From: Amphiscolops sp. MND2022
Taxonomy: Eukaryota
Assembly (NCBI GenBank): GCA_964187785.1
Contig: OZ076409.1
Location: 95,110,001-95,174,000, forward strand
DNA: 64,000 nucleotides
Direction: 5' to 3'
Part shown: positions 12,501-23,474 of the stretch, piece by piece
Layout: each line of letters starts with the position of its first letter
Numbering within the stretch: position 1 is the stretch's first letter
The notes under the pieces: model-generated
Seen by the model: only the letters and a program-made list of their open reading frames with translations
Told to the model about the DNA's origin: nothing
The model's database searches: none
Translations under genes and position numbers: made by a program

Positions 12501-15500
12501 TGGTTCCCTTTGGCCACTTAAAATTTTGTATAAATATTTTGGTCAGTTCGTGTGGATTGAAAAAAAGTCACTATTATAGTCGTGTTTCACTTCATGAAGC
12601 GCCGACTAAAAACGAACGGTAGGTCCTTCGAATCTAAAAATGAACGTCAGTTTTGGTCCTGAACAATCATTTTGTACCTTTTATGACCACTTCGAAAGGG
12701 TTTAAAAGAAAACAACTGACGAAAAGCATCTGTAATAATCGCTTTTCATTTTATATGTTTCGTACGAAACAATTTCAAGACCGGGAAAATATAAAAACCC
12801 GGTAAACACAATAGTACAGCGAACTCTCACAAAATTTGCGAAGACTCAAAAAGATGCTCAGAGCAACAGACTATCTTGAAAGAGGGAACTGCAGAAAAGA
12901 AAGTTAAAGTAAGTTACAGTTGAATCCGCCCAATTCGTATCGCGACTGAATAAACAAGACTGAAAACGAATGAGAAATACGCATTAACCGATTGATATAA
13001 CTTTGGTAGTTGCGAAATGGGGTTTCTGATACACACTAATGAAACGAAGATCCCAATTATCCGGATACGAATTAACTAGAGTTCACTATTTCACATCCAT
13101 TGGATAAACAAGCTAACACCGATACAAAGTGAATACCGAAAAAAAATCAATGGTTTTTGATTATAAAAGCAAAAATTGAAACGAAGGCCATCATTCTATA
13201 AAATCTTGTCTTTCAAACAACCTTTTCAAATGACACGTAAATTTCAGAATATAGCTTGTGTTGAATATCATCGTTCCGGTGCCGGGTTCATTGACTGATG
13301 GCGCAATTGGCCGACAGAATAATTTCAAAACAGCGAAAATAGAATCAAAATGGAGTTTACAATTTGCAAAGGATGAAATTAGATTTTAAATAGAGATGAG
13401 CAAATTTACCTGATGTTGATTCAAAATCATTCAATTTATTTTTCCGATTGAATGAGAAATAGTAAGCTTGTTCACAAACAAATTTTTGATGCACATATAA
13501 CTTTTGATTCGATGCGGATTATGATAACAAAACAAAATTGAGAATATTTTCTCTGATATCCAATCATATCAAATCGGGTCGGCTAACTGCAGAGTCAGTC
13601 AGTTGAGTGGTCGGCCAATTGCACGGACGCCATATGCTCATACATTTTACCATCAATGGTTGACGTCCTATACGAATAGAAGGAAGAATATAATTCCTGA
13701 CTTTTTTCTGCCCCTCCATCAAATTTTTCAATGAAAAATTTCAAAAATTGGTTCAATCTGGCCTGATTAGAAAAGAAATGTTCTTCCAAAACAGGAAGTT
13801 AACTGCTATTTGAATAGTTTATCGTGTTAAACTTATCGTTGCATGCTACATGAATTACCACAGATCAGTGATTTGACGTATATAAGAGTTTCCGGTACTC
13901 GGTATTTTAAGTATAACATTCAAAATTTCGTGAATGTAACGGTACGTATTCGAAGATACTAGAGTACCGTGAACGGTATTTTTACATCTTTTTATATAGA
14001 GTTTATTTACCTAAAATATTCTTAATGAAGAACAAGCCGGGAACGGCCCAAGTCGGCGCCACATCTAAGGCTCAAAAAGACTCGAAAACGAAAACCACTT
14101 TTTCTACAACTGGAGACAACAAAAGCTCTCAAAAAGTTAAAATTGAGGAAAAAAATCCGAATTTTTTTCGAATTTTTTTTGAAGTTTCCGGTAAGTCGCA
14201 TAGTGCCAAAAAATGTAAAAGGGGGGACGCTTTGGGATTTTTTGAACATCCATTCTGTTGCAAAATATCAAAAATTGATGGGAGGAACAATTTAAAAAAA
14301 TCGGAAAAAATCAGTCTCACAGTGCCGAAAAAAGGAGGAAAGTCTCATAGTGTCGAAAAGAGTGGACCTTTCTGCTTTGGAATGGCTTTTTATCTCATGT
14401 TAGAGGCTTTGGATGCGTTGAAAATGAAGTACTAAGTACATATAATAAAAGTTGGTAAATGTGCATTAATGCACAAAAAGTGGACGTTACCGCGTTGAAC
14501 TGACGAAAAAAAACTAGCCACTGTAAGAGTCGGGATTTTCTTCGAAAACGCCGACTAAAAATATATTTAAAACTGGTAGAATTTTGCCAAATGAGTTCGC
14601 CTATTGATGAGTGCTTAGTTGAGCGAACCAAACTCACAACTAGCAAGCGAGCTGGTGATAGAATCGCCGTTTGATAAGATCGTTTTGATTAACCTAAACT
14701 CAAAAAAGTCCATCTTGTTAGGTCGGATCGAGGTATAGCAATTTCTAATGCGTGCTCTATAAGTTTACACGATTTCCAATAATTTATAATACAGGCAGAA
14801 CTTGTCCAGTATTATTGAAAGCAATCGTGTATGTCTTCTCTTGTATCTTTAACTGAATACTCGAGGAACGGTACAAGCTACGGCAATACACGTCAAATCA
14901 CTTGTCTGTCTAATTAACTGGTTACATGACATTTCATTCTATGGAATTTTACCTTGATGCATTTTCAACCTCCTGCAATTTTAACCTTCTGCAATTTCAA
15001 CCTAAACTAAGTTTGGCTAATTAGTTCTAATTCGGTTGAGTTATTGTTTTATAGCAATAGTTCAGTAAAGAATCGGAGAGGCTTGATTCATTGTAATTGT
15101 TCACGAGGAAGCCAAAACGTATCAAAACTGGCTTTAAAAGAAAAGCACATTTGAATTTAGAAGTGTATCAAAATGAAAATCACCAACAATAATTATATAA
15201 CTAACTAAAGCGTACTGACACCCAAAACTCTTTTCACTGACACACCCTCCATGTACTAAGGGCAAAAAGTTCTATCTCTCTTTACACCATATCACGGTTT
15301 CAGACGCGCGGTCCTTATATTTTATCTTGAATAAAGAAGAAAAAAATTATACAACTGATCTTATTTTCAACAATTTATTTAACAACAGAGAGCATTGATG
15401 GATGATAAATGATAGCGTACCTATGCCAGTGTTGACGGTGGTGATTCCGGTGGTAGACACGGCAGAGTACACCCCGTGGACATCCTGGCCCTGCTGGTGA

Positions 15501-15583
15501 GGGTGTGGGGGTCTCGGCTGTGAGTCCTGACCCTGTTGGGAGGCGTCGAAGAACGACGGGGGGTAGATGGGCGGGAACGACAT
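515..15583 (-). CDS. Unknown Gly/Pro/Gln-rich low-complexity protein, about 283 aa; proposed exons 15583-15421, 10479-10171, 9179-9155, 869-515
   Basis: GC-rich exon islands with canonical splice sites (donors G|gtacgc, A|gtgagt, GC|gtgagt; acceptors tttttctgcacag, ttcttatgcag, ctttattattcag). Phases 1/1/2 join into one frame: MSFPPIYPP...TGIG|GVFVDS...GGNGGGGMPPPPG...NPNQ|MSPQAAQMA|HSAHVCYK. An acceptor at 15615-15616 with an open frame allows further 5' exons. The last exon is the least certain. No family recognised. Confidence 0.55.
1283..1352 (+). repeat. tRNA-derived (SINE-head-like) sequence
   Basis: A-box-like GGTGTAAAGG and B-box GGTTCGAGTCC; no complete cloverleaf. Confidence 0.4.
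1405..1682. repeat. About 3 diverged tandem copies of an ~85-100-bp unit
   Basis: Recurring ccgaattttgacgtaatattcgaagtaaattgcgttt...gaggaggc. Confidence 0.7.
2205..3256. mobile_element. TIR MITE (Tc1/mariner-like, TA flanks) with a nested HINE-like element
   Basis: Left TA|CTGTGATTAAGAAATCGTCCC and right GGGACGTTTTCTTAATCACAG|TA form a ~21-bp inverted repeat with 1 mismatch. Confidence 0.75.
2538..3133 (-). mobile_element. HINE/DINE-like non-autonomous Helentron, family A (dominant repeat of the window)
   Basis: One end reads ACAAG + hairpin GCCG-GGAA-CGGC + subterminal AGTCGGCGC. The other end is a hairpin TAGTCGG..CCGACTA holding the inverted GCGCCGACT. Flanked by A/T runs, with internal GGGGGACCCTTTG subrepeats; the terminal ~58 bp is duplicated in tandem (about 3016-3133). 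Confidence 0.7.
3901..4497 (+). CDS. LINE ORF0, 198 aa, divergent SGNH/GDSL-esterase-like fold with a basic C-terminal tail
   Basis: ATG-started intact ORF. Block-like motifs occur in SGNH order: VIGASS (cf. GDS), AIPGL, LVIWHDLINN (cf. GxND), AIH. The C-terminus is K/R-rich. Confidence 0.55.
   Translation: MVHVIGASSLEKAVSSVQYKVRKLYYNCVTAIPGLSLNPLIKNPLKNLGNLLKNGNLARKCDLVIWHDLINNTLSTHWKSNTPASAPETLVKLLKEHKERIQAIVYCRRFGTQDVYKELKKTGIPVISVRKNLISKRKQHDSILHTKYSAIHQEHRLELKSLNIVLNHAENLEALTKNTRSKKTRPSQKKRQAKQRSK
4586..5698 (+). CDS. LINE ORF1, 370 aa: coiled coil plus L1/Transposase_22-type RRM
   Basis: Heptad-rich N-terminal half; EQYNRR..LLFFGL.E, SHRL, PKPIIAKF and VYVQEQLT motifs. First ATG at 4586. 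Confidence 0.85.
   Translation: MMLRSQSSQNSGKTTPKTTKIPTRVEVSPLMSTPRQHGAESLTTNEFVESLIPILSEKIHEALTTNMNEEFKKVNECIAMNLSKINEQLDVIGKRHERIESELTSIAQSVVNLQGTQKDTNEKVATLKNAVERNTLDMAEMQNNIRDLTETKQIMEQDINSVKENLVELVKQKVQEALQQQSRPMPPTPETSAERQNVSTQAKLDIMTACRLEAIEQYNRRDCLLFFGLYETEEENTTEKVVETARAMGVNISYTDVSISHRLQTRNRKRGEPKPIIAKFTRRSVKNDILKSKHHLKHSDNHYNVYVQEQLTRERSTALYQLKKEGFRVFTNESCLEYTKGELHGTISSLEELRSKLGWDDEKLIEVLKK
5699..9063 (+). CDS. LINE ORF2: APE endonuclease + reverse transcriptase + C-terminal CCHC; one single-base frameshift near 6374-6378
   Basis: Endonuclease motifs LNVRG, LTET, GDFNA, (S)VIDY, SDVH. RT motifs YRGISL, FIDYEKAFD, GVRQG.LSP.LF, YADD, YLG. C-terminal CPFC..DEYH...C. Adding one G to the GGGG at 6374-6377 restores HNGGSVIDY. 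Confidence 0.92.
11788..11970. mobile_element. 183-bp Tc1/mariner (pogo-like) MITE with TA TSD
   Basis: TA|CAGTCAAACTCGGATAAAAGAAAC ... GTTTCTTTTATCCGAGTTCGACTG|TA: a 24-bp TIR with 1 mismatch. Confidence 0.85.
12187..12609 (-). mobile_element. HINE-like family A copy
   Basis: acaagccgggcacggcccaagtcggcgcc ... cttcatgaagcgccgactaaaa. Confidence 0.75.
14031..14558 (-). mobile_element. HINE-like family A copy
   Basis: acaagccgggaacggcccaagtcggcgcc ... gaaaacgccgactaaaa. Confidence 0.75.
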
Positions 15584-18150
15584 TTCACTCACTCGATCAC
15601 TGGGGGTACTTACACTGCAAACAAAAAAACATTATCCTTGACAGCACACCGAAAAGTTGAAAAATTGACAAAAATTGGCAACATTTTTTAAAGCTTTGTT
15701 TCTCCACGAATAATAGTCAGAGGTCGAATCGGTTTTCTGCTCCTGAAAGCCTTTTACCTAAGCTGTCAAATGCACACTAGCGCCACTTTTTGATTTTTGG
15801 GGCTTCGCTGGGCCTTTCACATGACGTCGGTCTAGCTGAAGCTTCATTGAAAAAAACTTCTATATGTGTTTTCATGGTGGCAAAACTGTGACTAGAATGT
15901 GACAGTAACTTAGCAAACATATGCTGTGTTATTGAGAAAAAACTAATTTTCTGAAAAGTCTTTTTTGCAAACTTTCACTTTTTTCCAGTTACTTTTTTGC
16001 CGGTGGTTCGGAAAACAAACTATACTGACACAAATAACAACTCGCCCCAGATAGTCCAATAGATATTTGATAAGACAAATTTTCGTTTTCTTATGCTTTT
16101 TGCTTTTCGTAATTTTTTATTGATTGTGAAAAAATCACTGTCCTCATTTGAGGATTAAATCACTGTCGAGGTTAATTATGGTCCTTGCAGAAAAGCAAAA
16201 TGGAAAGAAAACTTGCAAAAACTTTCATTTTTCATCTCTTGAAGATGTATGTGACTCGAGGAATGTGTATAAATGACATGAACCTTGTCAGAAGCCAGTT
16301 AGTTACACTAGGATATTGCAAGGAAGCGATTATATGCAAAGAAATTAGGAAGATTTTTTTAAGGAAACAATGAGAATTTTAAAAATGTAGCACTTAGAAA
16401 AGAAGTTTTTCAAGATCTTGTGAACATATTTCATAAAATATCAAGTTGGTTTTGTTGCGTGAAAATTTTGCCTTTTACATACAAAATTTTCCCACTCAAG
16501 AAATTTCGAACACTTCAACATTGAAACTTAGGTCACTCTTCGCGTTTGCAATTATTTTGGTCATTATATTACTGTCAGACTGTTTCAAATCAAATCAAAG
16601 CTTTTAAGCTATTTTCGCTATTTTCAATCATTGGGAGAAAAACAAAAAATGTTAGAACAAGCGGTTTGATCGCTAGTCAAATTTAACGCTATTGCTAGCT
16701 ACCGCTTTTTGAAATTACCGCTACCGCTGTTATTCGAAGTATTCGTATTTCCGCGAAATCTCCCTTTTAGTTCGGAAAAATAAGCTTTCTTGACTCAAAA
16801 GTTCCACAAAATCTTAAATTGTACCTATTGGCCCAGGGAACTGAAGCAAAAAGTTTTTCCTTTTTTACCGCGTATCATACAATACCGGGCGCGTCGCCCT
16901 TTCAGTTTTTTCGGCATTGTGAGACTTTTTCGAAAAAAAATTCGGGTGCTGTAGAAGAGAATACTTTGACACTTTGAAGTCTTTTGGCTATTTTTTAGCC
17001 TTAGATATGGCGCCGACTTGGGCCGGTCCCGGCTTGTTTGACCTGTGACCGCTTTTCTCTTCTTTCACATCATGTAAAAATTATCACGAGAGAAACAAAT
17101 TTAAGTAGCTGTTCAAATTAAAATTACCGCTTCTGATAATTGGCGGTAGCAATAGCTGAATTACTACGCTTAGCGGGCGAACCAGTGGTTAGGTTAGAAA
17201 ATGTTGTTAGTTGCAAGAATGTGCGAACCTTCTTTGAGATGATATTGATTGTTCTTGTGAGTAAAGAGAGACTACTCAAATTCAGTCACTGCTCGAGAAG
17301 TCGTCTGGTACAAATTTGATAGAAATTGGAGAAAGACTTTGGTAGATAGAAGAAACGAAACGAGTCAGGTATCAGGGCTCATGTCAAAATTATCTGAAAA
17401 AAAAACAGCAAATATGGTCGGTAATCGGCCAAACACTAACCGCACAATCGGTTGAACAGCAAATACGATCGGTTAAACACAACAATCGTCGTTGGGTTTA
17501 ATTAAAATGAAACCAACAAAAACCTTAGTTAAAAAGTTCATTCAATCATTCAATTTTACAGTTCCAAGACACTTTTACATTTAGAAAATCTATTATATAG
17601 TATTTGATTTTTTAAATCTTGAAGGCAAAACGATTGAGACTAAATCAAGACATGTCGGAAAATTAGCTAAGGTTAAGTTAATAAGAGTAAAGATTTTAGC
17701 GCGAGTTGTCATCGATGAAACAAAACTGGCTTAAATTGCCACTCTGCAATCTCTTTTGAAATGAAACACTGGTTTGAAAAATGCTGATCAAATTGAATTT
17801 TCTATATATTATAATTTTTCCGGATGGATTAAGAATGAAAAGGTACAAACTAGTTTCAGCTATCGATCACCGATTATCGCGACAATTCTCATGGTTTTTT
17901 CGCCTCAGTCGATTTTATCATCGAATTACAATTTCAATTTTGAGCTAAGTTATAACTCAAACGTAATTGACTTTTACGCCTTTAATGGGCAAAACTTCTG
18001 CGTTGGAATGATGTCAAAAAGTTGGTTTCTAAACCAATGTCACGTGAAGATATAAATGAAAAATTCAATTCCATCAAATATAATTACACAACATTTATAA
18101 GTTGAGCATAATTTGGAAATTGCACAGAAGTAACACTGGGTTTCCCTCTT

Positions 18151-21100
18151 CTACCTAAACAACTTGAAGTGTTGAACAAACTCAAAAACTCTTTCCTTCA
18201 GAGCCGGTTGAATGGCCAGACAAGTGTGGATGTTCTCCGGCTGTTCGATCCAGAGTTTGTGCTGGATTCCACTGTCGGCCAGTTTCTGCGACAAGTCAGT
18301 CAAACTTTGGCTGTCCTCACACTTGAGAATTACTTTGTGCATGTTGTCTTGATCCGACAAATAGTCCTTTCGTGAAATCACCAAAATTTAATTAATTAAT
18401 TACTTGTTTCACAGCTACTTGTCTGTCAACCAGAGTTTTGACAACGCTAATTAGCGGCCGTGCAGGAATTTTTCAGTGACTCTATTAGCGATTTGAATCA
18501 GCGGCAACTAATACAATGTAGAATGTCCGAATTCAAAATTTCCTCACAGTTTACACAAAGTTTTGAAACGAATTTCAAATACTCCAACTATTGCCGTTGT
18601 AAAAACCCACACATAATAAATAATTCTAGTCTTTTTTTCTCGGAAAAAAAATTAGGTTATCATTCATTTTCAAACAAATTTGAAATCAAACAAATAAGTT
18701 CGCAAAAAACTTTGAGCAAAATAGCGATTTTGAAATTAGCAGTTTAGCGATAAGCAAAAAATAGCGAAAACACAGCTGTCAATGCAATGATTGAACATTT
18801 TAAACAAAACTGGAACTCAAATTTCAAAAAAAGTTTTGGTTCACGTCTAATGATGAATTCATCTCGGCCATATTGAGGTTTTGGAGAAAAACTTTATAAA
18901 ACAAAGACTACAGTGCATACTTTTATATTTATTATAAAAATCGCATTATAAATTTCTTTTTTTTTGAAATATCAAGAAGCTATTCAACATTCAAAAGATT
19001 CTTTGGTTTACTAATTTATGAGCATTTTCCCCCAATAAAATTATGTGTTTTGTTTCATAGATCTATCCTCCACCAGTTGAAGTTTTCAATATTTATATAA
19101 ATGGGGACCGTTACTGACACTGCAAAGAGACTCTACAGTTTGCAGCGAATCGACACTATCTCATCATTCAGTCAAAAAACTGTCCCCTTTGAACCCTGGG
19201 CCATCATTACCGTTGCAGACCAAAATAGATTCGCTTTGCACGGTCCCCTTAATGGAAATAGGCCCCTCGGGGGCACATTACTATTTTTGCTTTAATCTTT
19301 CATTAATATTACACAGAGGCGAAGCCGTGCTTCGCAAACACTTGCGAAGTTTTGAAAATCAAATAAGCAATATCATACGTAGAACCAAGGGTAAAAAGAG
19401 TATGTTAAAATTTCATCAATTTTACAGCGCCAAAAAATACTCGAAGGGATGGGCATAAGTCTCGAAAACCATTCTTCCCCAACTGAAAACAGCAAAAAAC
19501 CCATCTTCCTCAACGGAAAACTTTTTAAAAAACAGAAAATTGAGGGAAAAAATTTCGACATTTTTCGAAAAAAATTTTAAATGAAGGTCTCCGGTAAATC
19601 GCACAGTGCCGAAAACCTTGAGCAGTTCTTTATGCTCGCAAAACGTTTCGTTTCTAGTAAAAATTGAGGGTAGCTTCGATGAAAACAAATTAGAAAAGAC
19701 GCATAAAAAACACCGGCCTTTGAAAAAAAAACAAAAATCGGACATAGCGTGCTGGGCCTGAGAAAACCTAATTTTAAGACAAAAATTTTTCATTTTGAAA
19801 ACTGTAAGGGGGGGCCTTTGAGATTTTTTAAACATCCATTCTGTTGCAAAATTTCAAAAAAAATTGAATGGGAACCCTTGAGACTTTGAACTTTTCGAAA
19901 AACAAAATTTTTTAACAGTCTCATAGTGCCAAAAAATCTGAGAGAAGGGACCCTTTGGGATTTTTTAACATTCTTTCTGTAGCAAAATATCAAAAAAAAT
20001 TGAAGGGGATCCTTTGGGGACATTAAAAAACTTTTGAAAAAAAAGTCTCACAAAGCCGAAAAAGGGGGAGTCTCATAGTGCCGAAAAAGTGAGAACCTTC
20101 TGCTTCGGAATATTTGTAAAATTGGCGCATACGCACGGGTTGGAACACGAACACTCTGGGTTGAAAGGCAAGCATCTTACCGCTAGACCAAAAAAGTCTG
20201 AATTATGCGACTTCCGGTCTGAAACGAGAGTTGTCGCGCGGAAAAAAAACTCGCACTTTCCCATAACACTTGCTTGTCGCAAGTTTTGTTTTTAATAACA
20301 AAGGTATAATTCAGTGTTTTTTAAATAATAGAATCATATCTGGAATACCAATACACTGTTTAATCATTATTTAGCGCACAATTAATCACTGTACCAGTTT
20401 ATACCGCCTTTAAATCTGTTGTTAGAAAAATCTGTACATGTAAATATCATCAAGTATTTCTTTTTTGTTGACTAGAATCAGTTCAGTCTTTTAGTAGTAA
20501 TAGTAAATCTCGTACTAAAGCAAATATATATTTGAATGCAGGCGAAGCTCTTCGCGAAAGAATAATTAACACTCATTCGCTTCATCTCAATAACTCGGCG
20601 CAACGAAAGCACAATTACGAACATTCGCTCGCTTCATCTCAATGACGTCAACATTGCGATAGGTTGAAATAGCAACGATTGGAATTGCATAGGACGAAAT
20701 ATCATGTAACCAAGAAACATTTTATACAAACTACAGCGAATATATCAGCGACAAAAGAACTTCGAAAATGCACAAAATGGTTTTTGACAAAACAATCTCA
20801 ACATTTCCAGGTGCAATCATTTTCATCCAAATTTCAATGCCGAAAATCTCGATCTGCAAAACGTGAAAAACTTGTTGGTGATTATATTCTACCTCAAAGC
20901 AATGCCGCAAAAAGGCATACCCCAAATAATTGAGCAATATTAGTGTAGCGTAGGGCACATTATTTATTTAGGCGTAGGGCGCCCTTTTGGTATTCATGTT
21001 GAAAAACATGAAGTGCAATTTTAAAAATAGGCCCCTCCGGGGCACATTACTATTTCTGCTTTAATCTTTCAATAATATTACACTGCTTTGTTTTAAAACC

Positions 21101-21607
21101 AAGATACACTGTTAATTCAATATTAAGCGCACAATTAATCACTGTACAAGTTTACACCGCCTTTAATTCTTATCGGACTTAAGAAAACTTAACTACTAAG
21201 CGTAGACGAAGTTTCGCATTCGCAGTTGAATGCAGGCGAAGCTCTCCGAGAACGAATAATTAACACTCATTCGCTTCATCTCAATGACGTCAGCGTACGC
21301 ATGCATTTACCACTCGCTCGCTCCACCGCACGAGAATTGAATTGTCGTCGGCAGCTTGAGAAATTTAATTGTACTGAAAAAAAATAGACATCTTGAGATT
21401 GCAATAATATTCCTGCTATCGAAGAAATAATTAAATATAATAATTTTGGTGATCAGTGAGTGCCTGTGTGTCTTGGCAATTGTACGTGTTGTGAATGACC
21501 GCAGAGCACGCGTGACATGCTTGGGCCACCAGGGCTCCTTTGGGCCACTTGAGGTCCCCTCTGAGTACTATGTACTGCACCAGATGTCTACCGGGGGTTG
21601 CTGCCAT
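18151..21607 (-). CDS. PTRHD1: Putative peptidyl-tRNA hydrolase PTRHD1 (PTH2 family), 119 aa; exons 21607-21464 and 18366-18151
   Basis: [41 protein letters not shown] and FKLF* are hallmark PTRHD1 motifs. The exons join in phase 0 as ...QDTQ|DYLSD... Confidence 0.9.
19103..19248. mobile_element. ~145-bp MITE-like repeat with GGGGACCGT...ACGGTCCCC termini; other copies at 44551-44694 and 45885-46028
   Basis: Three alignable copies with 7-9-bp terminal inverted repeats. Confidence 0.65.
19330..20285. repeat. Dispersed ~950-bp family-A-related repeat (second copy about 35890-36800) carrying a tRNA-like cassette
   Basis: Near-identical blocks at both loci, e.g. ggacatagcgtgctgggcctgagaaaacc and gagaaccttctgcttcggaatatttg. 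Confidence 0.8.
20655..21372. repeat. Dispersed ~720-bp repeat (second copy about 25290-26012)
   Basis: Collinear high-identity match, e.g. tagtgtagcgtagggcac and actactaagcgtagacgaagtttcgcattcgc. Confidence 0.85.
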
Positions 21608-21734
21608 CCTACCGGGGGTGAGATGGGGTGGTGTGGGGGTGATATGTCCGATCAATCACTTCATTTCACATCTCCAATCGAAGTACATCATGTAATAGTA
21701 CATAGTTTCGAACTGACTCCTGGCTAATTGTTCT

Positions 21735-22560
21735 TTTTAGTCGGCGCATTTTAGCAGAAAATGAGCGCCACTGTTACAGTGGCAAGTTTTTAGTCGGCGC
21801 TTTTCTCAAGAAAAGAGTCGACTATAATCATGACTTTTCGTCAGTGTTTTTTCGATACACCTGAAGTGACCAAAATAGTTCTACCAAAAGTTCTACAAAA
21901 TTTTGAATTGTACCTGTTGGCCCAGGGAACTGAACCAAAAAGGTTTCCCGTGTAACATTCAATACCGGACGAGACCATGACTATATTCGACTCTGAAGAA
22001 AAGCGCCGACTGAAAATAGCTTTATTTTCCGGACTGGAAATGTAACTGTGCAAAGAAATCTTTCTAGCATCCAGTTGCTTCCTCTCAAAAAAGTTCGAGC
22101 CGAAAATAACTGTTTTTAGTCGGGGCTTCATGAAGTGAAACGCCACTATTATAGTGACTTTTTTTCAATCCACACGAACTCAACAAACTAGTTCAAAAGT
22201 TCTACGAAATATTATGGTGTCACATTGAACCATTTCGCCTAGCGAACTGAAGCAAAAACATTTTCCCTGTTTTTCCGCGTAACATACAGTACCGGGCGAG
22301 ACTAAAGGGCCCCCCTTTCAGTTTGTTTCGGCATTGTGAGACTTTTTTCCTCGAAGGGTCTCCCTTCAATTTTTTGATGCTTGGCGACAGAAAGGATGTT
22401 GAAAAATGCCAAAGGGTCCAACCTTCCATTTTTTTCGGCATTGTGAGTTTTTCCAAAAAAAATCGGGCGCTGTAGAAGAGAATACTTTGACACTTTGAAG
22501 TCATTTTGCTATTTTTGAGCCTTAGATACGGTGCCGATTTGGGCCGGTCCCGGTTTGTTT
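21735..22560 (+). mobile_element. Stack of HINE-like family A termini and copies just upstream of PTRHD1
   Basis: TTTTAGTCGG(C/G)GC termini at about 21735, 21788 and 22113; opposite end gccgatttgggccggtcccggtttgttt near 22560. Confidence 0.7.
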
Positions 22561-23474
22561 CTTTTTTCGTCAGATAACAGCATTTGTCCGTAGTGGACTT
22601 TTTGCAGAAACTACTGGACCGGCCAAGTCCGGCCACGTGAACAAAGTATGAACGTCTATAGAGTAAAGCTATCCCCGGATATAACGTTGAATATTCGGAT
22701 AAAGCGCATTTCTTTGGCTATACCGTCTTTAGAGTAATATTATCCGGATGTAACGTCAAAAATTTGTTACTCCTTTGATTGAAAGATTTTACTGAAACCC
22801 CCCCAAGCATATTTAAAAAAAACTTTGCGCTTTTTGAGCCTTAGCAGGTCGCCGACAGACATTCCCGTGCTGTTTCCAATGTCTTGATCCACAAAGATCT
22901 CAGGTATAAAATCTAGCAAACGGAAAAGTTAATTTTCACCATTTGACAATTGGACTCGCATGATAAGTTGTGTATTTTAACCATTTTAATAGCCGCCGTG
23001 GTTTTTCCATTGCACAAAAAAGTGACTTCCCTTAGAATAAATGGGGAATGCATTACAGGAATGCATTTCCCCAATTAGAGCCTCCGACCAACATTTTTTC
23101 CGTGTGAAACCTAATTTGATTCATTGGATTAGTGTTGAGTCACATGGAAAAGTAAAAGGCTAGAAATAAACAATAAAGAGGTCAGAATTGTTTCAGATAA
23201 AATTGTTATATTTCAGAACGCCGACAATTAATAGAATTTCCATCATTCGATCAGTAGTTGGATTCTTGAAACTTCACCTTGACAATGTTTGGATCTGATT
23301 AATTGTCTCTAAAACAACCTCAAATGATATTTTATTATGAAAAGATCCTAAAAACTTGGCACAATCTAAGTTGACAAACAAGTCTCCGATGTCGCGAAGC
23401 AAATTAAAGGAAAACAAAGAAAGCGGACATAAAATTTATTGATAAAAATTGGAAAGTTTCAGCACCAAAAAGTT

